Part shown: positions 1-9,593 of the stretch, in pieces
How positions within the stretch are numbered: position 1 is the stretch's first letter
How the letters are laid out: every line of letters begins with the position of its first letter
IMG/VR virus record: IMGVR_UViG_3300007512_001412
Location: 1 to 64,000 of that record
Direction: 5' to 3' (one strand)
Length of the DNA stretch: 64,000 bases
Source of the DNA: a virus
The notes under the pieces: generated by a model
Told to the model about the DNA's origin: nothing
Seen by the model: only the letters and a program-made list of their open reading frames with translations
Databases searched by the model: none
Made by a program: the position numbers and the translations under genes

Positions 1-62
1 GGAGAGCCTCGACCGTCCCAATCGTCAGGCCAGAAGCGGGTGCTATTGAACGGGGGCCTCAT
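1..62 (-). CDS. 5' end of a probable holin-like paralogue (runs off window; apparent frameshift near 30)
   Basis: ATG at 62 preceded by AAGGAG; MRPPFNSTRFW resembles MKNVLPLNSHRFW of 611..832; a +1 shift continues as hydrophobic LTIGTVEAL. Confidence 0.4.
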   Translation of the reverse strand, partial: MRPPFNSTRFWPDDWDGRGS

Positions 63-103
63 GGTGTCTCTCCTTCACTCTTAAGCTTTGCGAGCGTGCG
101 CGA

Positions 104-614
104 CTAGCCCCCGGCCTGAGAGCCGAAGTACGCCGCCGTCGCGGCGGTGATGATGACCCCACCCCACTTGAGGATGGCACCCAGGACGGAGGCGGTCTGC
201 CCCCGGAGCCACTTCTGGCGCTCGCGCTCGTCCTGCTTCTGATCCGCGTGCCACCGATCGAGGCGTTCGCCCAGGGCGCGGACCTCCTTCCGCAACTCCC
301 CGGCGAGCGCGGTGACGACTTCCTCGATCTTCCCGTGGGCTTCCTGCTCCTCGCGGAGAATCAAGTCGAGGCTCGTCTGGACGCGCTCCGCCAACTCAGC
401 GGCTCCCCGAACCTCCGCAATCGCCCTTGCCAGCAGCGCTTCGACTTCTTCGGGGGGCACCGCGCACTCCGATCTTCGACAGCGTGTCCTTGAACGCGCG
501 GGCTGCGTCATGCAGTTGGCGCACCTGATCTTCTAGGGACGGGGGCGTGGGTGCAACAACGGATCGGGGGTCGGGGGGGAGCGGAAGGGACACGGACGGG
601 TCGGTGGGATTCAC
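104..614 (-). CDS. Coiled-coil protein with C-terminal TM helix (lysis-associated, holin/XhlA-like); apparent frameshift near 465
   Basis: GTG overlaps the stop of 611..832 and reads VNPTD...LEDQVRQLHDAARAFKDTLSKIG; coding-like sequence then continues in the 104..511 frame (VPPEEVEALL...LKWGGVIITAATAAYFG). Confidence 0.5.
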
Positions 615-832
615 GGAACCGGCTCCCTCTCCCCCATCCTGCGACCGCCGTCCGACTCGATCGCTTGGCCGAACAGCGTCTTGATCGCCCACCCCAGGAC
701 AGCGATTGCGCCGGCCTTGACCTCGTCGCTGGCGCTGCCGTTGAGGACGACGACGATCAGCCCAATCCCCAGGATGGTGCCGACGACAAGCATCCAGAAG
801 CGGTGCGAGTTGAGGGGGAGGACGTTCTTCAT
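611..832 (-). CDS. Putative holin (two TM helices)
   Basis: 73 aa, two hydrophobic stretches, charged C-terminus, directly downstream of an amidase. Confidence 0.65.
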   Translation of the reverse strand: MKNVLPLNSHRFWMLVVGTILGIGLIVVVLNGSASDEVKAGAIAVLGWAIKTLFGQAIESDGGRRMGEREPVP

Positions 833-854
833 GTTTCGACCCTACCACCCGGGG

Positions 855-1316
855 CTAGGCGTGAACGATCAACCGTTGCCTCACGGCGACCCGCAGGTAC
901 TCCAGATCCACGTGCTTGCCGGGGCACGCGGTCGCGGACAACTCCTTGTGGCCCTTCACCGCGCGCTCGTCCAGGCCCCAGCGCCGGCAGGCGACGGCGA
1001 ACAGGTCCACGGCGGCGCGGAGCATCGGGTCGGGTAGCCGTTCCTCATGGAAGTTGCCGATCAGGCACACCCCGTAGGACACCCGGTTGTTCCCTCGCGC
1101 GTGCGCGCCGTACTCCCACGGCTCCCACACTTCATCGAGGTCGTACGGACGTCCCAGGATGATCTGGACGGGATCCCGATCGGTCGGCTGGCGGATCAGA
1201 TCGTGGTAGCCGACGTCGCGGAACCCGCGCGCGAGGTGAACCCACTCGACTTCGGCGCGCGTCCACGTGCGCGGGCACGCGCCGTGGTGCAAGACCAGCA
1301 GGGACGGTCCGGTCAT
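855..1316 (-). CDS. N-acetylmuramoyl-L-alanine amidase (Amidase_2, T7 lysozyme-like endolysin)
   Basis: LVLHH, GYHxLI, GAHARGNN, GVCLIGNF, GHKE..TACPG motifs; ATG at 1316 overlaps the upstream stop. Confidence 0.9.
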   Translation of the reverse strand: MTGPSLLVLHHGACPRTWTRAEVEWVHLARGFRDVGYHDLIRQPTDRDPVQIILGRPYDLDEVWEPWEYGAHARGNNRVSYGVCLIGNFHEERLPDPMLRAAVDLFAVACRRWGLDERAVKGHKELSATACPGKHVDLEYLRVAVRQRLIVHA

Positions 1317-1726
1317 CGCAGCGTGCCCAACGGGGCGAGCACGGTCCAGTGCGTCACGCGCAGGAGGCCGGTGCCTCCCGGGTACGGGTCGAAGGCGAGC
1401 CGGTTGTTCGCGTAGATGACCGCGTGGTTGAGTCCACGCGGCCCGGGGCCGTGCGCGATCCAGTACAGCGGCGGCGCACCGGGCGGCAGGAGCACGGGCG
1501 GGCTGCTTCCCGATCCACGCACGGCGGCGTACCCCCGGCTCGCAGCGAACAGCGACAGCGCCTTCTGCATGTTGGCGAGGCCCGCCCGGACCCGCGCGTC
1601 CCCGGCGCGGAGTCCGCTTCGCGGGTCGGGGATGGCGTGGAGCGGCACGTTGAGCAGGGTCGCGTAGCACGCGAACAGGCAGTTGCCGAAGGGGTAGCCG
1701 AACCGATCCTGCTGCACCGGAGTCAT
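1313..1726 (-). CDS. Papain-fold (C39-like) cysteine peptidase-like protein
   Basis: GNCLFAC ... NHAVIY ... FDPYP gives a Cys-His-Asp triad in the expected order. Confidence 0.6.
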   Translation of the reverse strand: MTPVQQDRFGYPFGNCLFACYATLLNVPLHAIPDPRSGLRAGDARVRAGLANMQKALSLFAASRGYAAVRGSGSSPPVLLPPGAPPLYWIAHGPGPRGLNHAVIYANNRLAFDPYPGGTGLLRVTHWTVLAPLGTLR

Positions 1727-1896
1727 GGATCAGAGTGTACCGGAGGGCGACGGGGCGATCCGCACGTTTGAGCACCGGGGAGGCCAACCCCCGCTGCGCT
1801 GGAGCTTTTCGCGCGGCGGCAACCAGCAACCGGCCCCGCCACCCTCACTTTCTATGGGACCGCTCCCGCCGACTTGGGCCGAAGATTTCTCCGACG

Positions 1897-1925
1897 TTGA
1901 CAAACCGCAAGTAGCTTCGTAGCCT
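1897..1925 (+). promoter_or_regulatory. Sigma70-like promoter with overlapping TTG-N8-CAAG box
   Basis: TTGACA-N17-TAGCCT; TTGACAAACCGCAAG is identical to the copy at 14444. Confidence 0.7.
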
Positions 1926-1950
1926 GCCCGTGCTGATGGAGATTGAAACG

Positions 1951-2841
1951 ATGACCGACGCTGCGAAGTCGCTTCCCGACCCGTCGATCAACACCGGCAA
2001 GTCGCGCCGAGGTTGGTCCTTCTACGGCACGTGGCAGGTATGCAAGCGCAAGTGGGCGTACGACAACCTGGGGGACGAGGACGTCTTGGTCCCCTCCGGG
2101 CCTCCCACCTCCGACCCCCGGAACCTGGGGACGCTCGTCCACGCGCTGCTCGCGCGGGAGTACATGGATCGGATGGGCCACGCGCAGGAACCGATGCGCG
2201 CCTTCGCGTTCCGCGAGGGGCGGCGGCTCATGCTCCCCGACGAGGACATTGAGTTGGCGCTCTCCCGCGTGCGCCGGCACAACGCGATGTACCCGCTGGA
2301 CTTCACGCCCGTCGCGGTCGAAACGGAGTACGCCATCGGCATCCTCCCGGTGCGCGACAGCGACGGCGGCATGTCCGCGCGCGTCGTACCGGAGGGGACG
2401 CCGGGGTCGGTGCTGTTCAGCAACCGCGTGGACCTCGTCGGTGAGGATCGGCAGCGCCGGATCTGGACGATCGACCACAAGACCGCCGCCACCGTGAAGC
2501 CGGGGACGTCCCGGGGCTACGGGATGCACGGCACGTTCCACGGCATCTGGCACCTGGGGCGCACGCACTTCGGCAAGCGGTTCGCCGGCCCCCTGATCAA
2601 CTACGTGCAGACCCGATCCGGCCCGAAATTCAAGCGGGTGCGCCCGCCCGCCGCCCCGGCGCTGGTGCAGGGCTTCCCGATGCTGGTGATCGCCATCGTG
2701 TCGGAAATGAAGCTGTGGGAGCGCATCGCGCGCGGCAACCCCGACAAGTACCCGCCCGCGACCGACGAGAAGGTCTGCGAGGGCCGCTACGGACCGTGCG
2801 AATTCCAGGCACGTTGTCGCTTCGGGACGGGCCTCCTGTAG
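1951..2841 (+). CDS. PD-(D/E)XK exonuclease, Cas4/RecB-like
   Basis: CKRKW, GTLVH, VETE, RVDLV, IDHKT and C-terminal C..C..C cluster. Confidence 0.85.
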   Translation: MTDAAKSLPDPSINTGKSRRGWSFYGTWQVCKRKWAYDNLGDEDVLVPSGPPTSDPRNLGTLVHALLAREYMDRMGHAQEPMRAFAFREGRRLMLPDEDIELALSRVRRHNAMYPLDFTPVAVETEYAIGILPVRDSDGGMSARVVPEGTPGSVLFSNRVDLVGEDRQRRIWTIDHKTAATVKPGTSRGYGMHGTFHGIWHLGRTHFGKRFAGPLINYVQTRSGPKFKRVRPPAAPALVQGFPMLVIAIVSEMKLWERIARGNPDKYPPATDEKVCEGRYGPCEFQARCRFGTGLL

Positions 2842-2870
2842 TACGATGGGGGCCGCTGATGGAGGTATGA

Positions 2871-3209
2871 ATGGGAGCCCACGGAGCGTCACGCGCTCGC
2901 GTCCTCACGCTTGTCCGCGAGGAACCACACGACAATCCGATCCCCGACGTAGCCATCGCTGCGGACCTGGGGATCAGCGAGCCGGCTGTCTCGCACATCC
3001 GACGAGCCATGACGATCCCGCCCTCGCGGGCGCGCGCGTCCATCTATGCAGAGGGCTACGCCATCGGCCCCGCCATCGGTCAGTGCCGGTGCTGCGTCGG
3101 GCGCTGGTACGAAATCCCCACGGGCCAGGGCGCGGTGCCCTGCCCGGAGGGCCACGGGCGGGTGCTCGCCAGCGGCTACCGGCTGGTGCTGCGGAACCCC
3201 TCCGTCTGA
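2871..3209 (+). CDS. HTH DNA-binding protein with Zn ribbon
   Basis: DVAIAADLGISEPAVSHIRR helix-turn-helix; CRCC..CPEGH; GGAGG RBS. Confidence 0.65.
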   Translation: MGAHGASRARVLTLVREEPHDNPIPDVAIAADLGISEPAVSHIRRAMTIPPSRARASIYAEGYAIGPAIGQCRCCVGRWYEIPTGQGAVPCPEGHGRVLASGYRLVLRNPSV

Positions 3210-3318
3210 CCCGCCAGGATCGCTGCCCGGAGCCCCCACGGGGTGCCCGGTCCCCAAAAACGCTGTACGTCGGTTGATTGTCAAATGATTGTCAAGGGAT
3301 CATTATTTGGTTGTCGGG

Positions 3319-3336
3319 TAGCTATGCAGTAGCTAC
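3319..3336. promoter_or_regulatory. TAGCTA-N5-TAGCTA operator-like site
   Basis: Two palindromic TAGCTA half-sites 11 bp apart in an AT-rich intergenic region; recurs elsewhere. Confidence 0.55.
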
Positions 3337-3394
3337 ATTCAAGGTGTCAGAGGGACACAGCGCCGGTTGGCTGACCGGCCCAAGGAGAACCGCT

Positions 3395-4234
3395 ATGACG
3401 ACCGCTTTCGACCAGATCATCGCAATGGCGCAGGAGTTGGGGAACCCGACGCCCGCCGCGAAGCCCGCCGCCAACGTCGCCGCCGAGCCCGTCGAGGACG
3501 ACGGGCTTGACTTCGACATGGGCGCGACCACCGACGACGACGCCCCGACGCCCGACGACGTCACCGGGATCAACCCCGCCGCGACCATCATCGTCACCGA
3601 CCGCGAGGCCAAGCAGCGGGCCGCGAACGGCTGCCAGTCCTGCGACGGCACCGGCACCGAGCCGGGCAACCCCTCCGGCGATTGGTGCCGCGCCTGCGGC
3701 GGCACCGGCCTCCCCCTCACCGACCCCAACCACCCCGACCACACCCCCGAGAGTGGCTCCGACGACCCCATCGTGGACGACGGCCCCAACGGCGAGCCGC
3801 CCTCCAAGACCGACCTGATCGACGCGATCCGCGCCGAGCCCGCCCCGGACACCGACGACGACACCGACGACACCGACACCGACACCGACGCGGACGTCAC
3901 CGACGACGAGCCCGCCCCGGTCATGGTGGACGTCATGGACGTCAACGGGATCGTGGTCCCGGTGATCAGCGTCAACGCGATGCACGACGGCACCGCGACC
4001 TGCACCCGCTGCGGACGCACCGGGGACGCCGCCTCCGAGTTCGGCTGGCGCAAGGTCAAGCGGTTCGACAAGGACGGCAACCCGATCCGGGTCGAACAGC
4101 GCAACCAGCCTCAGTGCAAGGACTGCCGGAACCTCGCCGCCAAGAAGGCGTACGCCCGCCGCACCGGCAAGGTGTGGATCGACCCCGCCGACGACAAGTC
4201 CCTCGCGGGCTGCGCCGACAGCGAGGCCAAGTAG
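3395..4234 (+). CDS. Acidic protein with DnaJ-type CxxCxGxG finger and C-terminal Zn finger
   Basis: AAGGAG RBS; CQSCDGTG/CRACGGTG; D/T-rich tract; CTRC...CKDC. Confidence 0.7.
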   Translation: MTTAFDQIIAMAQELGNPTPAAKPAANVAAEPVEDDGLDFDMGATTDDDAPTPDDVTGINPAATIIVTDREAKQRAANGCQSCDGTGTEPGNPSGDWCRACGGTGLPLTDPNHPDHTPESGSDDPIVDDGPNGEPPSKTDLIDAIRAEPAPDTDDDTDDTDTDTDADVTDDEPAPVMVDVMDVNGIVVPVISVNAMHDGTATCTRCGRTGDAASEFGWRKVKRFDKDGNPIRVEQRNQPQCKDCRNLAAKKAYARRTGKVWIDPADDKSLAGCADSEAK

Positions 4235-4236
4235 CC

Positions 4237-5121
4237 ATGCCCCTCAACTTCAACCTGACCGGCATCGCCAACTTCAAGGACGTCTGCTACGACACGCGGA
4301 CCGACCCGCCCCCGACCCTGGATCGACCGGGACCGTGCCCCAAGTGCGGCGGTCCCGGCGAGATCATCGGCGCGGGCGAGGACGGGCGCATCGTCCTCTG
4401 CTTCGACTGCGACCACCGGCACAGCACGTTCCGGGTGTTCGTGGACTGCTCCCCCAACCCGTGGTCGCCGTCCGCGTTCACCTGCGCCCGGAGCGGCTGC
4501 GAGCGGACGGGCGAGCCCACCGACGACGACGATCAGTGCCCCTCCCCCGACTGCGACGGGCTACTCAAGCCGGTCGAGTGGGCGCGGCGCAGCGCCGTGA
4601 CCTACGTCCTGATCTGGAAGGCGTTGAGCCTGGACCTGGGGTCCATCACCGCCGACAACGTGGACGAGTGGATGCTGCGTCTGCGGCTCCACAGCGCCTT
4701 CCACGGCGACGAGCCCTGCGACCTGATCACCACGACCGAGAAGACGCTGGAGGATGCCATGAGCGGCCCCTTCGCGGGCCTCCCCGTCGCCACGATCCAC
4801 AAGCTGCTCGCGGAGGGGTGGGAGCCGCACTTCGTGGGGCCGACCCTGGACGTGCAGATCGACTTCGATGCGTTCCTCCGGGTGGACAACCCCGACGACC
4901 CCTGCCTCAAGGGGGCCGACGCCGCCCGCGTGATCCGCACCGCCCTGGAAGGCGACCGCTCCGCGATCCTGTTCCGCAAGCGGACCGCCCGCGCCCTGAC
5001 CCGCGCCGAGGTCGAGGCGCACATCGGACTGACCACCAACGTCACCACCGTCAAGCGGCACAAGTGGCTCAAGTCCATGAGCGCCGCCCACGACTGCCGC
5101 ATCGAGTGGGCGAAGGAGTAG
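4237..5121 (+). CDS. Hypothetical protein with multiple Zn-ribbon motifs
   Basis: ATG two bases after the upstream stop; CPKC, CFDC, CxxxxC pairs; GC3-biased codons. Confidence 0.65.
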   Translation: MPLNFNLTGIANFKDVCYDTRTDPPPTLDRPGPCPKCGGPGEIIGAGEDGRIVLCFDCDHRHSTFRVFVDCSPNPWSPSAFTCARSGCERTGEPTDDDDQCPSPDCDGLLKPVEWARRSAVTYVLIWKALSLDLGSITADNVDEWMLRLRLHSAFHGDEPCDLITTTEKTLEDAMSGPFAGLPVATIHKLLAEGWEPHFVGPTLDVQIDFDAFLRVDNPDDPCLKGADAARVIRTALEGDRSAILFRKRTARALTRAEVEAHIGLTTNVTTVKRHKWLKSMSAAHDCRIEWAKE

Positions 5122-5313
5122 TAGATGCTGTACCGCGACGACGACCGCCGGGTAGCGCCGGTACGACGACGCTTCCGCGTGCAGGGCTCGACTCTGCCGT
5201 AGAGGACCGCCCAAGGGTTAGCGGGTGCGAGGCCCGCAAGCGTCTGAGCAGCCCCGGACCCCGGAGGGGACCCCGGAACCACCAACCTTCACCCTGAGCG
5301 GACGGACGAGCAC

Positions 5314-6012
5314 ATGAGCAGCACCCTTCGACGGGCCGCACGCCGGGAGGGCGACTTCTACGCCACCCCGCCGTGGGCCGTTCACCAGTTGATCGACCAC
5401 TACCCTGCCGTGTTGGAGGGCCGCACCCTCGACGCGGGTTGCGGGTCGGGCGCGATCATGCGCGTCCTGGCGGATCGGGGCGCGAACGTCTGCGGGATCG
5501 ACAACGACCCGGACCGCGCCGCGACGGCCAAGGCGGAGGGCTTCCTCGCGGTCGCGGGCGACTTCCTGACCGCCCCATTGCAGGAGGACATTCTCGACGG
5601 GGTCATCGCCAACCCGCCCTACCGGGACGCGGTGCCGTTCATCGAGCGGGCGTTGGGGATCGCGGAGCGGGTCACCTTCCTGCTGCGCCTCAACTTCCTG
5701 GGGTCGTCCCGATCCCGGCTCCACCTCCTGCGGGAGAGCGGCCTCGCGCGCGTGGACGTCCTGTCCAAGCGCCCGTCGTTCGTCGCCGTGGGCTCCTGCC
5801 GGGTCTGCAACGAAACGTGGTGGTGGCCCGCCACGGCGTCGGGCGAGGAAGTCCGACACCCCGCCTCGTTGGTCGCCTGCCCGATGGTCGGGCGCGCGGG
5901 CGGGTCGAAGGAATACCGGGTCACGCGCACGGACTCCTGCGACTACGCATGGTTCACCTGGGAGCGGGGCTCGACGGAGAGCCTGTTGACCGTGTTCCCG
6001 CTGCCTACTTGA
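5314..6012 (+). CDS. DNA N6-adenine methyltransferase
   Basis: DFYATP, LDAGCGSG (SAM-binding), IANPPY (catalytic). Confidence 0.85.
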   Translation: MSSTLRRAARREGDFYATPPWAVHQLIDHYPAVLEGRTLDAGCGSGAIMRVLADRGANVCGIDNDPDRAATAKAEGFLAVAGDFLTAPLQEDILDGVIANPPYRDAVPFIERALGIAERVTFLLRLNFLGSSRSRLHLLRESGLARVDVLSKRPSFVAVGSCRVCNETWWWPATASGEEVRHPASLVACPMVGRAGGSKEYRVTRTDSCDYAWFTWERGSTESLLTVFPLPT

Positions 6013-6066
6013 CATTGAAGTTGCCCGCCGACTCCGTCGCTCCTACCATCGCCGCCGCCACTGAGG

Positions 6067-6297
6067 GTGAGGGAGAGGGCTGTGGAGAGGATCGATCTGA
6101 CGTTGCCCCCGGGGCTGGACCGGGTGTTGGCGAGCGCGAGCGTACAACCGGGACGATCCGGGTGGATGCTGGTACTGGTGCCTCCAGCGGGACCGGCGAC
6201 GCGGATACCGCTGACGGCACGGTGCCCGGAGCAAGCGGACCGGGCGCTGACGGAATGGGCGGCGACGACGCTCCCGACGACGGTGCGCCCCCGCTGA
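6067..6297 (+). CDS. Small ORF, possibly the frameshifted N-terminus of the SNF2 helicase
   Basis: Follows a TTGACA near 6009; ends at a C6 run where the helicase-like sequence begins in another frame. Confidence 0.4.
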   Translation: MRERAVERIDLTLPPGLDRVLASASVQPGRSGWMLVLVPPAGPATRIPLTARCPEQADRALTEWAATTLPTTVRPR

Positions 6298-7802
6298 CGA
6301 TCCTCCCCGAAGTCCGTTCGTGGGTGTGGTCGTACCTCAAGGAGTACCAGCGCGAGGGCATCGCCAAGGTCATCGGGCGTGGCGACGGGGCGCTGTGGTG
6401 GCCCTGCGGCGCGGGCAAGACGGTCGCCGCGCAGATATGGGCGCTGTCCGGGCCTGAGAACGTCCTCGTCGTCTGCCGCGCCAACGCCCGGGAACAGTGG
6501 GCCGATTCGGTGTGGCACTTCACCCGGTGCCAGCCCCACGTGCTTCGCCCCACCGGCAACCGGCGCAAGGGCGACGAGTCGCTGGACGACTACATGGATC
6601 GGGCGCGGCGCGAGGGGTTCCGCCCCTTCCTGATCACCTCCTGGGGGTGCCTGCGGACGCTCCGCCCGGAGGTCGAGCAGTACGTGGACGCCTCCCGCCG
6701 CCTCGCGTTGGTGTGGGACGAGAGCCATTGCGCCAAGGACTACAAGCGGGCCAAGCGCGAGGCCAACGAAGACGGCGGCTTCGACTACATCCCCCTGGAC
6801 ACGATCGCTGCCATCGCCTCCCGGCTGGCTCCCAAGGCGGTGCGCCGGCTGAACCTGACCGCCACGCCCGATCCCGACCGGCCCCGGGACTGGTGGTCGC
6901 AATTCGATATCATGTCCCCCGGCAAGGTCTTCGCCCCGATCTTCCACCCCTTCGGCGTCCGCTACTGCAACGGCTTCCAGCACGAATACGGGTGGGACTA
7001 CTCCGGGTCGTCCCGCCTGACGGAGTTGAAGGCGCACGCCGCGCCGTGGGTCCATGAGGTAGACCCACAAATCCTCTACGACCAGTTGCCCCCCTGCCGG
7101 CGCGACGTGACCCGCCTGGATCGGGCGAGCCTGCGCTCGACCTCCAAGGATGCACGCGCGCGCGTGCGCGAGGCAGCGCAACGCCTGGGCCGGGAACGCA
7201 CCCAGGAGGCTGCGGAGGCTCTGATCGCCGCACAGATGGGCGCACGGGCCACGCAGAAGGACGCTCACCTCCGCGCCCGGGCGGAGGAATGCGCCATGTC
7301 GGGACAGAAGCTCCTGATCTTCACGGAGTTGCGCTCCCACGTGGACGACCTGGGGCCGTACATCCGGCACGCGCTCCCCCCCGACGTCCCGGTGTGGGCG
7401 TCCCACGGGGGCGACATGCCCCGGGTCCGTCGCCAGATCCAGTTGGACTACATGGCGCACAAGGGGGCGGCGGTCCTGATCGGGACCACGGCGGCGTGGG
7501 GCGAGTCGGTGGATCTGCAAGACACCGACCGGCTGATCATGTCGGCGCTCCCCTGGACCTGGGGCCGGATGTTCCAGGCGGAGGGACGACCGCGCCGCCT
7601 GGGTCAGACGCGGCCCCTGGTGATCGAGTACGTCATCGTGAAGGACGACCCCGACGAGGAACACGTGGTCGGCATCGTCACCGGCAAGCTCAAGGCGAAC
7701 CAGTCGCTTCACGACACCGACGTCATCGGCTCCCTGCGCGAAGCCCTACGGGGCGACCGGGACGAGATCGTCGCGGGCCTGCTGGCCCGGTACATGACGT
7801 GA
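6255..7802 (+). CDS. SNF2-family (SF2) helicase
   Basis: YQREG, CGAGKT, WDESH, TATP, LIFT, GESVDLQ, QAEGRPRRLGQ; start uncertain. Confidence 0.85.
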   Translation: MGGDDAPDDGAPPLTILPEVRSWVWSYLKEYQREGIAKVIGRGDGALWWPCGAGKTVAAQIWALSGPENVLVVCRANAREQWADSVWHFTRCQPHVLRPTGNRRKGDESLDDYMDRARREGFRPFLITSWGCLRTLRPEVEQYVDASRRLALVWDESHCAKDYKRAKREANEDGGFDYIPLDTIAAIASRLAPKAVRRLNLTATPDPDRPRDWWSQFDIMSPGKVFAPIFHPFGVRYCNGFQHEYGWDYSGSSRLTELKAHAAPWVHEVDPQILYDQLPPCRRDVTRLDRASLRSTSKDARARVREAAQRLGRERTQEAAEALIAAQMGARATQKDAHLRARAEECAMSGQKLLIFTELRSHVDDLGPYIRHALPPDVPVWASHGGDMPRVRRQIQLDYMAHKGAAVLIGTTAAWGESVDLQDTDRLIMSALPWTWGRMFQAEGRPRRLGQTRPLVIEYVIVKDDPDEEHVVGIVTGKLKANQSLHDTDVIGSLREALRGDRDEIVAGLLARYMT

Positions 7803-7905
7803 CCCCAGGGGAACGGACGCGGGAGGGCAGAGCGCCTGACAGCCAGCGGCGATTTTCCTGCGCTCTTGCGTTCCCTCGCCGCCCGTGCAGGCTCAGAACG
7901 AGGAA

Positions 7906-7929
7906 AGCCCCCCCGAAACCGGGGGGGCT
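7906..7929. terminator. GC-rich hairpin, probable intrinsic terminator
   Basis: AGCCCCCCC-loop-GGGGGGGCT; pyrimidine tract on the minus strand. Confidence 0.55.
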
Positions 7930-8087
7930 CGCCAGGGCTGATGGAGGAACACGGGGACCGTGACCGCATCGCTATGATAGCGACCCTCACGGTGGAGTGC
8001 AACTAAATCGCCCCCGGGTTGCAGATCCACGCACGCGCGCACGTGATACCGTAACCCGGTCTGCGACCCCTGTGTGGAGCATCCCGA

Positions 8088-9584
8088 ATGGCAAAAGGCA
8101 GCAACGAGAAGGTCGTCCGGTCCCTGGCCGTGGCAATCCAGGCACCCGGACCGGGAGGCGTCCTCCTGGGAATCCCGATCCTGCTGTGGGGACCCCCCGG
8201 CGTCGGCAAGACCGCGCGCGTCGAGGACATTGCCGAGGCCCTGGGCTACCACATGGTCACGGTCCTGGCGTCCGTCCGCGAGCCGTCCGACTTCCTGGGT
8301 CTGCCGGTCCCGGTCAAGTCCACGGGTGAGGTCAGCTACTTCCCGCCCGATTGGGCGCGCGAGTTGAACGCGCACAGCGACAACCCGCACCCCGATCTCG
8401 ACAAGGTCAACAGGTTCAACAAGCAGCACGCGGCCAAGATCGCTCAGGGGCTCGTCACGGCCCGGACGCACGGTGCGATCGGCACCGGGCGGCGCGCGCT
8501 CCTGTTCCTCGATGAATTCAGCACCGCGACCCCGGCCACGCAGTCGGCGCTGCTGCGCGTCGTCCACGAACGGGTGGTGGGCGACCTCCAGTTGAACAGC
8601 AACGTCGCGGTCATCGCGGCGGCGAACCCGCCGTCCATGTCCCCGGGCGGTGAGGAGTTGAAGCCCCCGACCGTCAACCGCTTCATCCACATGGAGTGGT
8701 ATCCGCCCAACAAGGATCAGTGGGCGGCGTGGGTTCAGCGTTCGGCGGGCACGGCGGAGGAAGCCCCGACCTACCTCACCCCGACTGGAGCCGACCCCTA
8801 CGAGAAGCCCCCGCGCGTGAGCATCCCGCAGTTCCGCGTGGCCTACGCTCAGTGGGCCGGGTTCGGCGCGGGGTTCGTCAAGGCGATGACGAAGTCCAAG
8901 CTGGAGCAGGATCAGGTCAAGATCGAGCCGGGGTTCACGGACTACGCCCCCCTGTTCAACATGCCCCCCGCAGCGGCGATGGAACAGGACGACGACCACT
9001 TCGACGCCACGCTCTACGCATGGCCGTCCCCCCGATCCTGGGAGATCGCCCTGCGCGCGGGCGCGGCCTGTGTCGCGTCGTCGCAGTTGGACTTGATCCA
9101 GGGGATGCTCTGCGGCTCCATCGGTGACCCGCTCTGCACGGTGCTGAACCGCTGGGCGTTCGACCACGATGCCCGCCCGGAGGCCCCCGACAAGCTGCTG
9201 GCCGACCGGGCGAAGGGCGAGAAGTACGTCTGGAACGACGCCAGCAAGGTCAGCATGGACCTGGGCGGGTTGCTCCAGTACGCGCTGAACGACCCGGATC
9301 AGGCTGACGACGTCGTCGGCTGGATGATCGAGAACAGCGGAGCCACGCGGAGCGACGGCTACCCCACCGACATGCTCCAGGCCATCGTGTTCCCCGTGTG
9401 GGCCGCGTGGCCCCGGAGCCCCGAAGCCAAGGAGTTGCGAGCCAACTCCCCCGAAGCCTTCTCCCGCCTGGGGGCGGCGATGGCGCGGCTGCACCAGCAC
9501 TGGCAGACGGCGGAGCAAGCCCAGGCCGACGTCCTGGGCGTCAGCATCAGCGGCGGGCGCGGCGGCGGGGCGTTTTCATCGTAG
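8088..9584 (+). CDS. MoxR-like AAA+ ATPase
   Basis: LLWGPPGVGKT, EPSDFLGLP, LFLDEF, QSALL, IAAANP, NRF, PSPRSWE. Confidence 0.9.
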   Translation: MAKGSNEKVVRSLAVAIQAPGPGGVLLGIPILLWGPPGVGKTARVEDIAEALGYHMVTVLASVREPSDFLGLPVPVKSTGEVSYFPPDWARELNAHSDNPHPDLDKVNRFNKQHAAKIAQGLVTARTHGAIGTGRRALLFLDEFSTATPATQSALLRVVHERVVGDLQLNSNVAVIAAANPPSMSPGGEELKPPTVNRFIHMEWYPPNKDQWAAWVQRSAGTAEEAPTYLTPTGADPYEKPPRVSIPQFRVAYAQWAGFGAGFVKAMTKSKLEQDQVKIEPGFTDYAPLFNMPPAAAMEQDDDHFDATLYAWPSPRSWEIALRAGAACVASSQLDLIQGMLCGSIGDPLCTVLNRWAFDHDARPEAPDKLLADRAKGEKYVWNDASKVSMDLGGLLQYALNDPDQADDVVGWMIENSGATRSDGYPTDMLQAIVFPVWAAWPRSPEAKELRANSPEAFSRLGAAMARLHQHWQTAEQAQADVLGVSISGGRGGGAFSS

Positions 9585-9593
9585 GAGGCCGAC

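Noticed and set aside
1951-2841. CRISPR-Cas locus
   Set aside because: Only a solo Cas4-like nuclease; no array or other cas genes.
5373-6254. Long N-terminal extensions in the ORF track (also 3682, 12777, 36279, 52648, 63099 starts)
   Set aside because: They overlap better-supported genes and translate as Arg/Pro/Gly-rich off-frame sequence; starts were reassigned using RBS and stop-start coupling.
7803-7816. CCCCAGG..AACGG similarity to the reverse complement near 41927-41940 as an inversion site
   Set aside because: Short, gapped and GC-rich; indistinguishable from chance.
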